Shown here piece by piece: positions 38,322-46,771 of a stretch of 64,000 nt of DNA (position 1 is its first letter; each line of letters starts with the position of its first letter). This DNA comes from Candidatus Woesebacteria bacterium GW2011_GWB1_39_12. Lineage in GTDB: Bacteria; Patescibacteriota; Microgenomatia; UBA8517. A model generated the notes under the pieces. The model did not search any database and had not been told where the DNA came from. It was given only the letters and a program-made list of their open reading frames with translations. The position numbers and the translations under genes are program-made. Location of the stretch: assembly GCA_000993405.1 (NCBI GenBank), contig LBWB01000004.1, positions 4,861 through 68,860 of the forward strand. The letters run 5' to 3'.

Positions 38322-38894
38322 ATGATTGAAATTGAAATAAGAGGAAAGCTGAACAGGAAGGAATTTGGTAAATTAAAGTCCTTTTTGGATAGAAAGGCGA
38401 AACAAAAAGATTGTTATAAAAGAATATCTGTTGATATTTCTCCTGGTTTTGATCCAATAACTAGGACTTGGAAAAATTCAAGCTTCGATTTAAGGCTTAA
38501 AAAATCTGGTACCACCGAAAAGATTAGTTTAAAAGTTGGGAAATTTCACCTTAAAGAGCGAGAAGAAATTGAAGTAAAACTGAAGGAAGGGCAATTTTTA
38601 GATGCATTAAAAATGTTTGAAACGTTAGGTTTTGATAAAGGAATGATTTACTTTTGGGAGAGTTGGGAATATGAATATCAAGGTTTTGAAGTTAAAATCT
38701 CAAAATATACAAATGACTATTATATATGGGAAATTGAATCCGATAATCCTAAAAAAGATCCTCACGATTTAGCAAATACCCTCTCCCTCAAACCATACTC
38801 TGAAGAAGAATATAGGAAAGCTATAGATTGGGAAAATCAAAACATACATAAGCTGTACTCACTCGAATTAGTAAAAGAATTATTAAGGAAATGA
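38322..38894 (+). CDS. CYTH-domain protein
   Basis: EIEIR N-terminal ExExK-like motif, DLRLK, REEIE, WEIE. Confidence 0.8.
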   Translation: MIEIEIRGKLNRKEFGKLKSFLDRKAKQKDCYKRISVDISPGFDPITRTWKNSSFDLRLKKSGTTEKISLKVGKFHLKEREEIEVKLKEGQFLDALKMFETLGFDKGMIYFWESWEYEYQGFEVKISKYTNDYYIWEIESDNPKKDPHDLANTLSLKPYSEEEYRKAIDWENQNIHKLYSLELVKELLRK

Positions 38895-39301
38895 ATAAAC
38901 ATCAAAAAGTAGCAGTAATTGTTTGGACGATAGATCCGGAAGGAATTAAAAGATTTCTTTTAAGACATAATAAACCTTTTAATGGCTACGATGATGAGTG
39001 GACAGTTATTTTTGGAGACATTGAGGTTGGCGAGAGCTTAGAAGATGCTGCAAAAAGAGAGGCTTCCGAAGAGTTTCGAATAAGTAACTTTGAACAAATT
39101 AATGATCTAAATTATACGACTGAGTTTGAAGGAAAACATGGTTTGACTGAAGTCCATTTTGTTGCATTAAAAGTATTAGATATTAATACCCAGATAGTTT
39201 TAAACGAGGAAAGTATCGGTTATGACTGGATGCTTATCGACCAAGTTAAAGGGGTTATGAAAAATGATGATGAAAAACAAGCCTTTGATTTAATAAAATG
39301 A
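38891..39301 (+). CDS. NUDIX hydrolase
   Basis: Nudix box GDIEVGESLEDAAKREASEE. Confidence 0.88.
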   Translation: MNKHQKVAVIVWTIDPEGIKRFLLRHNKPFNGYDDEWTVIFGDIEVGESLEDAAKREASEEFRISNFEQINDLNYTTEFEGKHGLTEVHFVALKVLDINTQIVLNEESIGYDWMLIDQVKGVMKNDDEKQAFDLIK

Positions 39302-39867
39302 AAATTTTATATTTTGCAACATCAAATTCCTGGAAATTTAATCTGATGAAAAGGTTTTTTGATAAAGGAGAAATTGATCTAAAACAGTATGACATTGATA
39401 TGCCGGAATCAAGAAGCGAAGAAGGTGAAGAAATTGCTAAAGAGAAAGCAGAATTTGCATTCTCAAAATTAAGAAAGCCTTTATTTGTGCTAGACGGATC
39501 ATTCCAAATCCGAGCTTTGAATAATTTCCCTAAATCTTATGTTAAGTTTACCGACAGGTACATTGGTGCTGAAGGAATACTAAAGTTAATGGAAGGGAAG
39601 AAAGACAGGTATTGGGAGTTTTTAAATATCCTTTGTTATAAAGATAGCGAATTTGAAAATCTTTTTACCGGCACTCAAAGAGGTCAAATTGTTCAAAAAT
39701 TAACTCACAGTAAGAAGGGGCAAATAAGAGACTTTGATCGAGTATTAGTTCCTGAAGGATATAATAAAACATTTGCAGAGTTTACTAAGAAGGAAATTAA
39801 GGAATATGACGACAAGGTCTGGCCAGAAGTTGTCGTCAAGTTTATAGATTGGTATAAACATAAATGA
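39298..39867 (+). CDS. Ham1/RdgB-like non-canonical purine NTP pyrophosphatase
   Basis: FATSNSWK, KEKA, ALNNFP..YVK, FD..VPEGYNKTFAE; the C-terminal SHR motif is absent. Confidence 0.78.
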   Translation: MKILYFATSNSWKFNLMKRFFDKGEIDLKQYDIDMPESRSEEGEEIAKEKAEFAFSKLRKPLFVLDGSFQIRALNNFPKSYVKFTDRYIGAEGILKLMEGKKDRYWEFLNILCYKDSEFENLFTGTQRGQIVQKLTHSKKGQIRDFDRVLVPEGYNKTFAEFTKKEIKEYDDKVWPEVVVKFIDWYKHK

Positions 39868-39868
39868 A

Positions 39869-40330
39869 ATGAAGGTGGAAAACAAAATCAATGTTCGGGT
39901 GAGATTGGTGATAATTCATGACAGGAAAGTTCTTGTTCAATACAGACAAAAGGGTGATTTCTATCATTACATTGGTGGACATTTGGAATACGGAGAAACA
40001 GTAAAAGCTGCTTGCACAAGAGAAACTAAAGAAGAGTGTGGAGATCAGGTTAATTTTGATCTCCAGAAAATTCTTTATATCCGCGACTTTATTATTCCTG
40101 ATGAAAATGAACATAGTCTAGAATTATTCATATTAGGAAGTATTGATAAAACCGATAATTTAGAAGGATTAAGAGATCCGGAACACTCAGATGGATCAGT
40201 CTGGTTAACTTGGCTTGATATTGACAACTTGCCGGACAACCTATTACCAAAATCTTTATCTCCAAAATTGTTGAAAGATTTTAACAGTGGATTTCCAAAA
40301 GAAGGAGAATATATTGGAGAAATAGAATAA
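39869..40330 (+). CDS. NUDIX hydrolase
   Basis: GGHLEYGETVKAACTRETKEE. Confidence 0.88.
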   Translation: MKVENKINVRVRLVIIHDRKVLVQYRQKGDFYHYIGGHLEYGETVKAACTRETKEECGDQVNFDLQKILYIRDFIIPDENEHSLELFILGSIDKTDNLEGLRDPEHSDGSVWLTWLDIDNLPDNLLPKSLSPKLLKDFNSGFPKEGEYIGEIE

Positions 40331-40356
40331 ATGAAACTTTAAATTCATATAACAAA

Positions 40357-40401
40357 GCTGAGGCATTTCAATATAGACCTTCAAGTGAAGAGGAATTTTA
40401 A
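40357..40401 (+). repeat. Diverged copy of the comM 3' end (AEAFQYRPSSEEEF*)
   Basis: 39/45 nt identical to 38237-38281. Confidence 0.85.
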
Positions 40402-40424
40402 TAAACCTGTGATATAGTCAGTGT

Positions 40425-40634
40425 ATGGGCTTCATAGAGAAAATCTGGCGGTTTTTTGCAGAATATTTTGTTTTTGTGGGGGGATTTTTGTTTATTTTTG
40501 CGATTGGTGCTCTTTATGCTTATTTAAGACCTCAGGGAGTTCTTTTTAACGTCATTTTTTTGATAATTACCATAGGTTGGATAGTCTTTCTGATCAGATA
40601 TTTTTGGGATTTGTTGGAAAAGAAAAAGCCTTGA
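40425..40634 (+). CDS. Small 2-TM membrane protein
   Basis: Hydrophobic ORF with TATAGT 6 nt upstream. Confidence 0.6.
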   Translation: MGFIEKIWRFFAEYFVFVGGFLFIFAIGALYAYLRPQGVLFNVIFLIITIGWIVFLIRYFWDLLEKKKP

Positions 40635-40644
40635 TACATGAAGT

Positions 40645-41076
40645 ATGAGATTAGTAGTTCAAAGAGTGAAGACGGCTTCAGTCAAAGTTAAGAAAAATGT
40701 TGTAGGCAAGATTGACGTAGGGCTATTTGTGCTTGTTGGGGTGGGTAAGGATGATAGCGAGAAAGATGCGCAAATTCTAGCAGAAAAACTTGTAAAACTG
40801 CGTATAATGGCAGACAGTCAAGAAAAGATGAATCTTTCTGTAAAAGACGTTGGGGGGAAGGTGCTGGCTGTTTCCCAGTTTACTTTGTACGCAGATACTA
40901 CCGGTGGTAATAGGCCTTCTTTTATAAAAGCAGCCGAGCCCGATAAAGCGGAGAAAATTTATAACCGCTTTATCGAAAGCTTAAAAGAGTTTGGAGTAGA
41001 CGTGGAAACAGGAAGGTTTGGTGAATATATGGAGATTGAAGCAAGACTTGATGGGCCGGTAACGATAATTATCTGA
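40645..41076 (+). CDS. dtd: D-aminoacyl-tRNA deacylase
   Basis: MRLVVQRV, VSQFTL, GNRPSF, DGPVT. Confidence 0.95.
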   Translation: MRLVVQRVKTASVKVKKNVVGKIDVGLFVLVGVGKDDSEKDAQILAEKLVKLRIMADSQEKMNLSVKDVGGKVLAVSQFTLYADTTGGNRPSFIKAAEPDKAEKIYNRFIESLKEFGVDVETGRFGEYMEIEARLDGPVTIII

Positions 41077-41087
41077 GGAAAAATTAT

Positions 41088-41717
41088 ATGGGAATTAGAT
41101 TTTCATTAAAAATCGTTTTGAAAACCTTTCTTACGGTATTTGCTTTTGTTTTGTTTTTTGCATCCCTTTTTGGGGTCTATTTTTTGGGAATGGTTAATGG
41201 TTATAAAATGGCTCAAAGGGAAACGGAGGCAGATATATCAAGTTTCCTGGAAGATTTTATCAAAAGGCAGAGCCTGAATAGAGTTAGTCCGACTCCCACA
41301 GTAGCACCTACTAAAAGTCCTCCGAAGGCGGTGAGTCCACAAGTTTCTTGGGGCGGGCCTGAATTATGGGCGGCCGTGAACAAAAGAAGGACTGAGTTGG
41401 GAGTAAACCCTCTTTCCCAGAAAGATGAACTTTGCACAATTGCCTCGATTCGATTAAATGAACTATTAGATTTAGGAAAATTGGACGGGCATGTTGGGTT
41501 CAGTAATTTGGAGGAAAGGCGAGCCGACTTGAAATGGATTTTTGATAAGTACTCAAACATGGCAGAATTTTTGGCGGTCGGCGGGAAAACTCCCGAAGAA
41601 ACAGTAAGTTTATGGGAGAATACTTTAGGACATAAAAAACTTTTAACCGGTGGAGAATATGTTTGGGGTTGCATTTACGCCCAAAACACTTTTGCGGTTG
41701 CCATTACTGCATTTTAA
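41088..41717 (+). CDS. CAP (SCP-like) domain protein, membrane anchored
   Basis: VNKRRTELGVNPL, H.GF, W.NTLGH..L. Confidence 0.78.
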   Translation: MGIRFSLKIVLKTFLTVFAFVLFFASLFGVYFLGMVNGYKMAQRETEADISSFLEDFIKRQSLNRVSPTPTVAPTKSPPKAVSPQVSWGGPELWAAVNKRRTELGVNPLSQKDELCTIASIRLNELLDLGKLDGHVGFSNLEERRADLKWIFDKYSNMAEFLAVGGKTPEETVSLWENTLGHKKLLTGGEYVWGCIYAQNTFAVAITAF

Positions 41718-42324
41718 AATCTAGACTTTCTTTTCTTAAAAATTCCTCGAGCCTTTTTTTGGTTGTGTATTGACGGCCGATGGATACAAAGAGTCTGTTA
41801 ATTTCGCTCCAATATTTTTTGGGAAGGATTTTGACAAGTTCTTTTTCCGTTTGTTCGGGAGTTTTTGTTTTTACCCAACCAAGCATGTTAGAAATTCTGT
41901 GAACATGAGTATCAACCGCTATTGCAGGAATTCCAAAAGCACGGTTTAAGACTAAATTTGCAGTTTTTCTTCCAACCCCGGGGAGACTCATTAATTCTTC
42001 ACGGGTTTCCGGAATTTCACCTCTAAATGCCTCTAAAATCCTATATGCAAGCATCTTTAGATGCTTTGCTTTAGTTTTATAAAATCCTACTGGATATATT
42101 AAACCTTGAATTGATCTAATTTCTAATTGACCTAATTGCTCTAAATTTTTTGCTTTAGAAAAAAGTCTTTTGGATGCTTTGAGAGTTACTTCATCTTTAG
42201 TTCTCGAAGATAGAACTGTTGATATGAGGGTTTTATAAGGATCATCTTTGAATAGTTCCAAGGGAACTTGATTGTAATGTTTACGGAAAGTTTTGAAGAC
42301 CTTTTCGAAGTTATAATTTGTCAT
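41704..42324 (-). CDS. nth: Endonuclease III family DNA glycosylase lacking the 4Fe-4S motif
   Basis: LSSRTKD, HhH LPGVGRKTAN, VDTHVHRI. Confidence 0.9.
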   Translation of the reverse strand: MTNYNFEKVFKTFRKHYNQVPLELFKDDPYKTLISTVLSSRTKDEVTLKASKRLFSKAKNLEQLGQLEIRSIQGLIYPVGFYKTKAKHLKMLAYRILEAFRGEIPETREELMSLPGVGRKTANLVLNRAFGIPAIAVDTHVHRISNMLGWVKTKTPEQTEKELVKILPKKYWSEINRLFVSIGRQYTTKKRLEEFLRKESLDFKMQ

Positions 42325-42351
42325 TTGAAGTATTTTCAAACCAAGAGAAAC

Positions 42352-42411
42352 TCTTCGATGGTTCGACTCCTTCGACTGCTCTCAGGATTGTAATTCGCTC
42401 ACCACTCAGAG
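42352..42411 (-). repeat. Nested REP-like element, copy 2
   Basis: Reverse complement of 32980-33040 with few mismatches. Confidence 0.85.
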
Positions 42412-42445
42412 TGCTCTTGGAATATATTTCAAGAAGGACTAGATC

Positions 42446-42583
42446 TTAGGCATTACCCAAAATCTTGAACATCTTAGTTCCGCAAACTTCACAGACAGCT
42501 CTCATTGCTTTCTTTCCATTCTTCATGGTTACGGTTTCTTGATTTTTTCCTTCTCTTTTTGTTCTACATTTTACGCAGTACAT
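42446..42583 (-). CDS. 45-aa zinc-ribbon protein (DUF5679-like), absent from the ORF track
   Basis: MYCVKCRTKREGKNQETVTMKNGKKAMRAVCEVCGTKMFKILGNA*; RBS GGGGGTGA upstream. Confidence 0.85.
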   Translation of the reverse strand: MYCVKCRTKREGKNQETVTMKNGKKAMRAVCEVCGTKMFKILGNA

Positions 42584-42620
42584 TAAGCTTCACCCCCTTC
42601 CTTAGGACAGGTATTTTAAT

Positions 42621-42899
42621 TTACCATAGTAAGTATAGCACCACTTCTGAAGCTAGAATGATTACTGCTAATATCAGGCTTTTTGTGATATCTTTCTTAA
42701 TCGAAGCTAAATTTACGATTTGATCCGAGTAATCGGAATGTTTTGTTTTTAAGTCATCCCCTTTTTTTGTTTTTTTGTTAGTTTCTATTTGCCTCTTGAC
42801 ACTAGGTTCAGAATCAGTTTTTTTAGCCTCAGGTTTCCAGCTTATCGTGAATGTGTGTTTCGCTTCTTGTTTTTGTTTCCTTGTACGTCTTTTGGCCAT
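42621..42899 (-). CDS. Basic hypothetical protein with C-terminal TM
   Basis: MAKRRTRKQK start after TATAAT; tail anchor. Confidence 0.65.
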   Translation of the reverse strand: MAKRRTRKQKQEAKHTFTISWKPEAKKTDSEPSVKRQIETNKKTKKGDDLKTKHSDYSDQIVNLASIKKDITKSLILAVIILASEVVLYLLW

Positions 42900-43096
42900 T
42901 TTGGATATTATAATACACCCTCCTTGACCCCAGCACTACACTTCCTTGCTCCCGAGGTTTACGTCCTCGCATCGCAGGGCGTGAGTGCGGGGTCTGCGCC
43001 ACAACAAATTCATATGGTTGTGGCTTGACAGCTAGTGCTCCAGATGCAAAAATGTTTGAGTCATTTATTTACCCAAGGTAATTTATTGCTGGAAGT

Positions 43097-43555
43097 ATGG
43101 AGATCGTTTTTTTTGTTTTGGCAGGATTTTTTGTCTGGCTAGTAATTTTAAGCATAATTACCTTTTGGGAATTCAGATTTTTCAAGAGGCTCTCAAAGCA
43201 AATTGATAGGGGGAATTTAGTAAGCGTCTTAGAGGAAATTGTAAGAAGAGAAAAGATAAATGCGAAGGGATTAGAAGAGCTTCGAAGTAAGTTTTTTGGT
43301 CTTGAAGGAGACGTTCAGTTTCATATCCAGAAATTAGGCATGGTGCGATTTAATCCTTTTAAAGAATTGGGTGGAGATCATAGTTTTTCACTTGCACTTT
43401 TGAATGCCAAAGATTCTGGGGTAATTATTACAGGTTTGCATACCCGCGAGAGAACGAGGGTATATGTTAAAGATATCAAAAGGGGAAAAAGTGAGTTAGA
43501 ACTTTCCGAAGAAGAAAAACGTGCTTTTAAAAAAGCTCAGAAGATAAAAGTTTAA
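43097..43555 (+). CDS. DUF4446 family protein
   Basis: QKLGMVRFNPF..GGDHSFSLALL, LSEEE. Confidence 0.85.
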   Translation: MEIVFFVLAGFFVWLVILSIITFWEFRFFKRLSKQIDRGNLVSVLEEIVRREKINAKGLEELRSKFFGLEGDVQFHIQKLGMVRFNPFKELGGDHSFSLALLNAKDSGVIITGLHTRERTRVYVKDIKRGKSELELSEEEKRAFKKAQKIKV

Positions 43556-43556
43556 A

Positions 43557-44780
43557 ATGAAAGATAATATTTCAAAAGTAAAAAATACAAAAAATTTAAT
43601 GCTCATAGTGAGTTTCCTGGGCTTATATCTGGTTTCTGCCGGAAGTTCATGGGCACTATTTTCTTTTTTGAAAGGAGAGCCGGGTAGCTCGAAGACTACT
43701 GCTGAAGGAAGAGGAAGGATTGATCCGAATTTACCTAAAACAGAAGAATGTCCAATTAACGGCAAAATGTATTCCAAGCCTGAGAGAGACATTTGGGAAA
43801 CGAGACGGCCCATTACCGCTGTCATTGAAAATCATTTAGAGTCAAGGCCTCAATCTGGATTATCCTTTGCAGATGTCGTTTATGAGGCTGTTGCCGAAGG
43901 TGGCATCACCCGATTTTTGTCGGTTTTTTATTGTGGGGCCTCTGCGCAGGACATAAAAATTGCTCCAATCAGAAGCATAAGGGTTTATTTTATTAATTGG
44001 GCGGCAGAATATAGCAATAATCCTCTATTAGTCCACTCAGGAGGAGCAAATAATATCTGTAGCAACTGTCCGGGTGGAATAAAAGTAAGGGGAGACGTTG
44101 CACCGGAAGTTGATGCACTCAAACTATTGGTCAAACTTTCTTGGAGGGCTCCAAATGGAAATGCCATGGATGCGGGAACAAACTTAGGTTATCCTGCCGT
44201 TAAGAGAGATCAATATAGGCTTGGAGAAAAAGCGGCCTGGGAACATTCTTACGAAGGTTATACGGACAAAATATTTGATGAGGGGGTAAAAAGAGAATTT
44301 GGGTATAAAAATGAGGAAGGGGAAACATGGGATGAAAACTTTGTAAAATGGAGATTTTCCGACGGTAAACCATTGGCAAGTCCCAAAGCAAGTGAAATCT
44401 CTTTTGAATTTTGGAGCAATAAACCTGAGTATGATGTTTCTTGGAAATACGACGCTTCTAATAATAGATACCTGAGATTTAGTGGCGGAAAGGAACATGC
44501 TGATCATGAAACCAAGGAGCAGATTACGACTTCGAATGTAGTCGTTCAGAAAGTTCGCGAAAAAGGACCCGTTGACAAAGAAGGTCATATGTTCTATACA
44601 ACAATCGGTGAGGGAGATGCTTTGATTTTCCAAAACGGCGACGTAATTGAGGGTACTTGGCGTAAAAGGACTCAGGATGACAGAACACGCTTTTTTGATA
44701 AAGGAGGTGCTGAAGTAAGTTTTGTAAAAGGAGCCATATGGATCGAAGCGATTCCAGATGGTAATGAAATTAAATATTAA
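43557..44780 (+). CDS. DUF3048 domain protein
   Basis: IENH..SRPQSGL..ADVVYEAVAEGGITRF, PIRSIR. Confidence 0.85.
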   Translation: MKDNISKVKNTKNLMLIVSFLGLYLVSAGSSWALFSFLKGEPGSSKTTAEGRGRIDPNLPKTEECPINGKMYSKPERDIWETRRPITAVIENHLESRPQSGLSFADVVYEAVAEGGITRFLSVFYCGASAQDIKIAPIRSIRVYFINWAAEYSNNPLLVHSGGANNICSNCPGGIKVRGDVAPEVDALKLLVKLSWRAPNGNAMDAGTNLGYPAVKRDQYRLGEKAAWEHSYEGYTDKIFDEGVKREFGYKNEEGETWDENFVKWRFSDGKPLASPKASEISFEFWSNKPEYDVSWKYDASNNRYLRFSGGKEHADHETKEQITTSNVVVQKVREKGPVDKEGHMFYTTIGEGDALIFQNGDVIEGTWRKRTQDDRTRFFDKGGAEVSFVKGAIWIEAIPDGNEIKY

Positions 44781-44798
44781 TCCTGCCTCAAAAGCTAC

Positions 44799-45383
44799 AT
44801 GGCAGATTTAGCCGACATAATTACTTCTAGAGTAAGAATAAAGATACTCGAACTTTTTTTGTCAGATACGACCGAGATGTATCATGTTCGGGGTATCGTT
44901 AGGGAAATAAAGGAAGAGATAAATGCGGTCAGACGCGAACTTGAGAGGCTGGAGACGGGAGGATTACTAAGAAAGGAACCAAGGGGAAACAGAGTCTATT
45001 ACTGGATTCGGGACGATTATCCCTTTTTTGAGGATCTTTTGTCGATGGTTTCCAAAACAACCGGTTTGGGAGCAGATATAATAAGTAATAGAACCAAAGT
45101 AGGAAAGCTAAATTTGGTGATGTTTTCCGGAAAGTTCACAAGAAAGAAAGATAGGAAGAAAGAGGAAGAAGTAGACATTTTAGTCGTAGGAGAAGTCGTA
45201 TTACCCGAACTTGCAGCCCTTATACGTCGTGAAGAGTCAAAAAGGGGAAAAGAAATAAATTATACTGTAATGAGCAAAGAAGAATTTGAATTCAGAAAAA
45301 AAAGAAGGGATCCATTTTTACTTGGCATATTGGCAGGAAGTCGAGTTATGATAATAGGGAATGAAGAAGAGCTTGTCGGATAA
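44799..45383 (+). CDS. Winged-helix regulator fused to a nucleotidyltransferase-like domain
   Basis: SRVRIKIL..F, NAVRRELERL, VDILVVG, EINYTVM. Confidence 0.7.
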   Translation: MADLADIITSRVRIKILELFLSDTTEMYHVRGIVREIKEEINAVRRELERLETGGLLRKEPRGNRVYYWIRDDYPFFEDLLSMVSKTTGLGADIISNRTKVGKLNLVMFSGKFTRKKDRKKEEEVDILVVGEVVLPELAALIRREESKRGKEINYTVMSKEEFEFRKKRRDPFLLGILAGSRVMIIGNEEELVG

Positions 45384-45401
45384 CTTCATTTATTATTTAT
45401 T

Positions 45402-46709
45402 ATGTTTACACCTCTAAGAAAGGTTATTCTCATTTTTTTTCTAACCTTAATCGCAGGGTATATTAGTTTACCCAAAGAAGTTAGTTTGTTTGGAAAAAAA
45501 TTTATCCGACGTGATATTAACATTTCCTATGGAAGGATTATTATTCAAAGAAACTTCGATTTGGTTTTGGGACTCGATCTTGCAGGGGGATCACACCTAG
45601 TTTTTGAAGCAGACGTTTCAAAAATTGATGAAAGCGAGAGAAAAGACGCGATTACGGCCCTTAAGGAGGTTATAGAACGAAGAGTAAATCTTTTCGGTAT
45701 CTCAGAACCGAATGTCCAAAGCTCTTCTTTTGAAGGAAAGGAGAGAATTATTGTCGAACTTCCTGGCATAAAGGACACCAAGGAAGCGATCGGTTTAATT
45801 GGTCAAACAGCCGAGCTTATCTTTGCCGAGATAGGAACCCAGGAGGAGCCCGACTTTTTTAAACCAACCAATCTAACGGGAGCCGATTTGAAAAAGGCGT
45901 CTGTGACTTTTGATACGCAGACGGGAAAGCCGGTTGTTCAACTGGTGTTCAGTCAAGAGGGAGGCGAAAAGTTTGCCGATTTAACAGAAAAGAATGTTGA
46001 TAAACCTCTTCCAATACTACTTGACGGAAGTCCGGTTTCGTCCCCTGTAGTTCAGGAGAAAATTACTGGTGGTTCAGCAATAATAACAGGTGAATTTAGT
46101 CTTCAGGAAGCCAAAAATTTAAGTATTCAATTAAATGCGGGTGCTCTTCCTATCCCGGTTAAGTTAGTCGAGCAAAGAACGGTAGGAGCAAGCTTAGGAG
46201 CCGAATCGATAGAAAAAAGTGTTCGCGCTGGGTTGGTAGGACTGGGGATGGTACTTTTGTTTATGTTTTTGATTTATGGAAAGCTTGGATTAGTTGCCAA
46301 TTTTGCTCTTATTGTTTTTGGAGTAATTACTCTGGCACTTTATAAACTAATTCCGGTCGTACTTACCTTACCCGGCATTGCTGGATTCCTATTATCAGTC
46401 GGAATGGCAGTTGACTCCAATATTTTAATTTTTGAGAGGTTAAAAGAAGAGAGGGGTAAACGTCAATTGATAGATGCGCTTGAAGTTTCATTTGGGAGAG
46501 CTTGGGACTCGATAAGAGATGCCAATATTGCAACGCTGGTAACTGCTTTTGTGTTGGCAAATCCCTTGGATTTTTCATTTTTACATACTTCGGGCCCTGT
46601 AAGAGGATTTGCAATAACGCTTTCTTTGGGAATATTAATAAGTCTTTTTACAGGAATAGTTGTCAGCAGAAATTTGTTGAGAGTATTTATTAGAGAAGGT
46701 AAAAGGTAA
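45402..46709 (+). CDS. secD: Protein translocase subunit SecD
   Basis: LGLDLAGG, RIIVELPG, LNAGALP, GMAVDSNILIFER. Confidence 0.95.
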   Translation: MFTPLRKVILIFFLTLIAGYISLPKEVSLFGKKFIRRDINISYGRIIIQRNFDLVLGLDLAGGSHLVFEADVSKIDESERKDAITALKEVIERRVNLFGISEPNVQSSSFEGKERIIVELPGIKDTKEAIGLIGQTAELIFAEIGTQEEPDFFKPTNLTGADLKKASVTFDTQTGKPVVQLVFSQEGGEKFADLTEKNVDKPLPILLDGSPVSSPVVQEKITGGSAIITGEFSLQEAKNLSIQLNAGALPIPVKLVEQRTVGASLGAESIEKSVRAGLVGLGMVLLFMFLIYGKLGLVANFALIVFGVITLALYKLIPVVLTLPGIAGFLLSVGMAVDSNILIFERLKEERGKRQLIDALEVSFGRAWDSIRDANIATLVTAFVLANPLDFSFLHTSGPVRGFAITLSLGILISLFTGIVVSRNLLRVFIREGKR

Positions 46710-46765
46710 ATGGTGAAGGGTAAAAGAAGTGAAACTTCCGACTTTTACCTCTTGCCTTTTACCTG
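46698..46765. repeat. Heptamer inverted repeat (GGTAAAA / TTTTACC family)
   Basis: ggtaaaa ggtaaat ggtgaag ggtaaaa ... ttttacc tcttgcc ttttacc. Confidence 0.65.
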
Positions 46766-46771
46766 AATAAT

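Noticed and set aside
32930-40401. CRISPR array or integron attC interpretation of the recurring ~45-nt repeats
   Set aside because: Spacing ranges from ~70 bp to ~5 kb, the repeats translate as ComM C-termini, they lack attC-type inverted structure, and no cas or intI gene is present.
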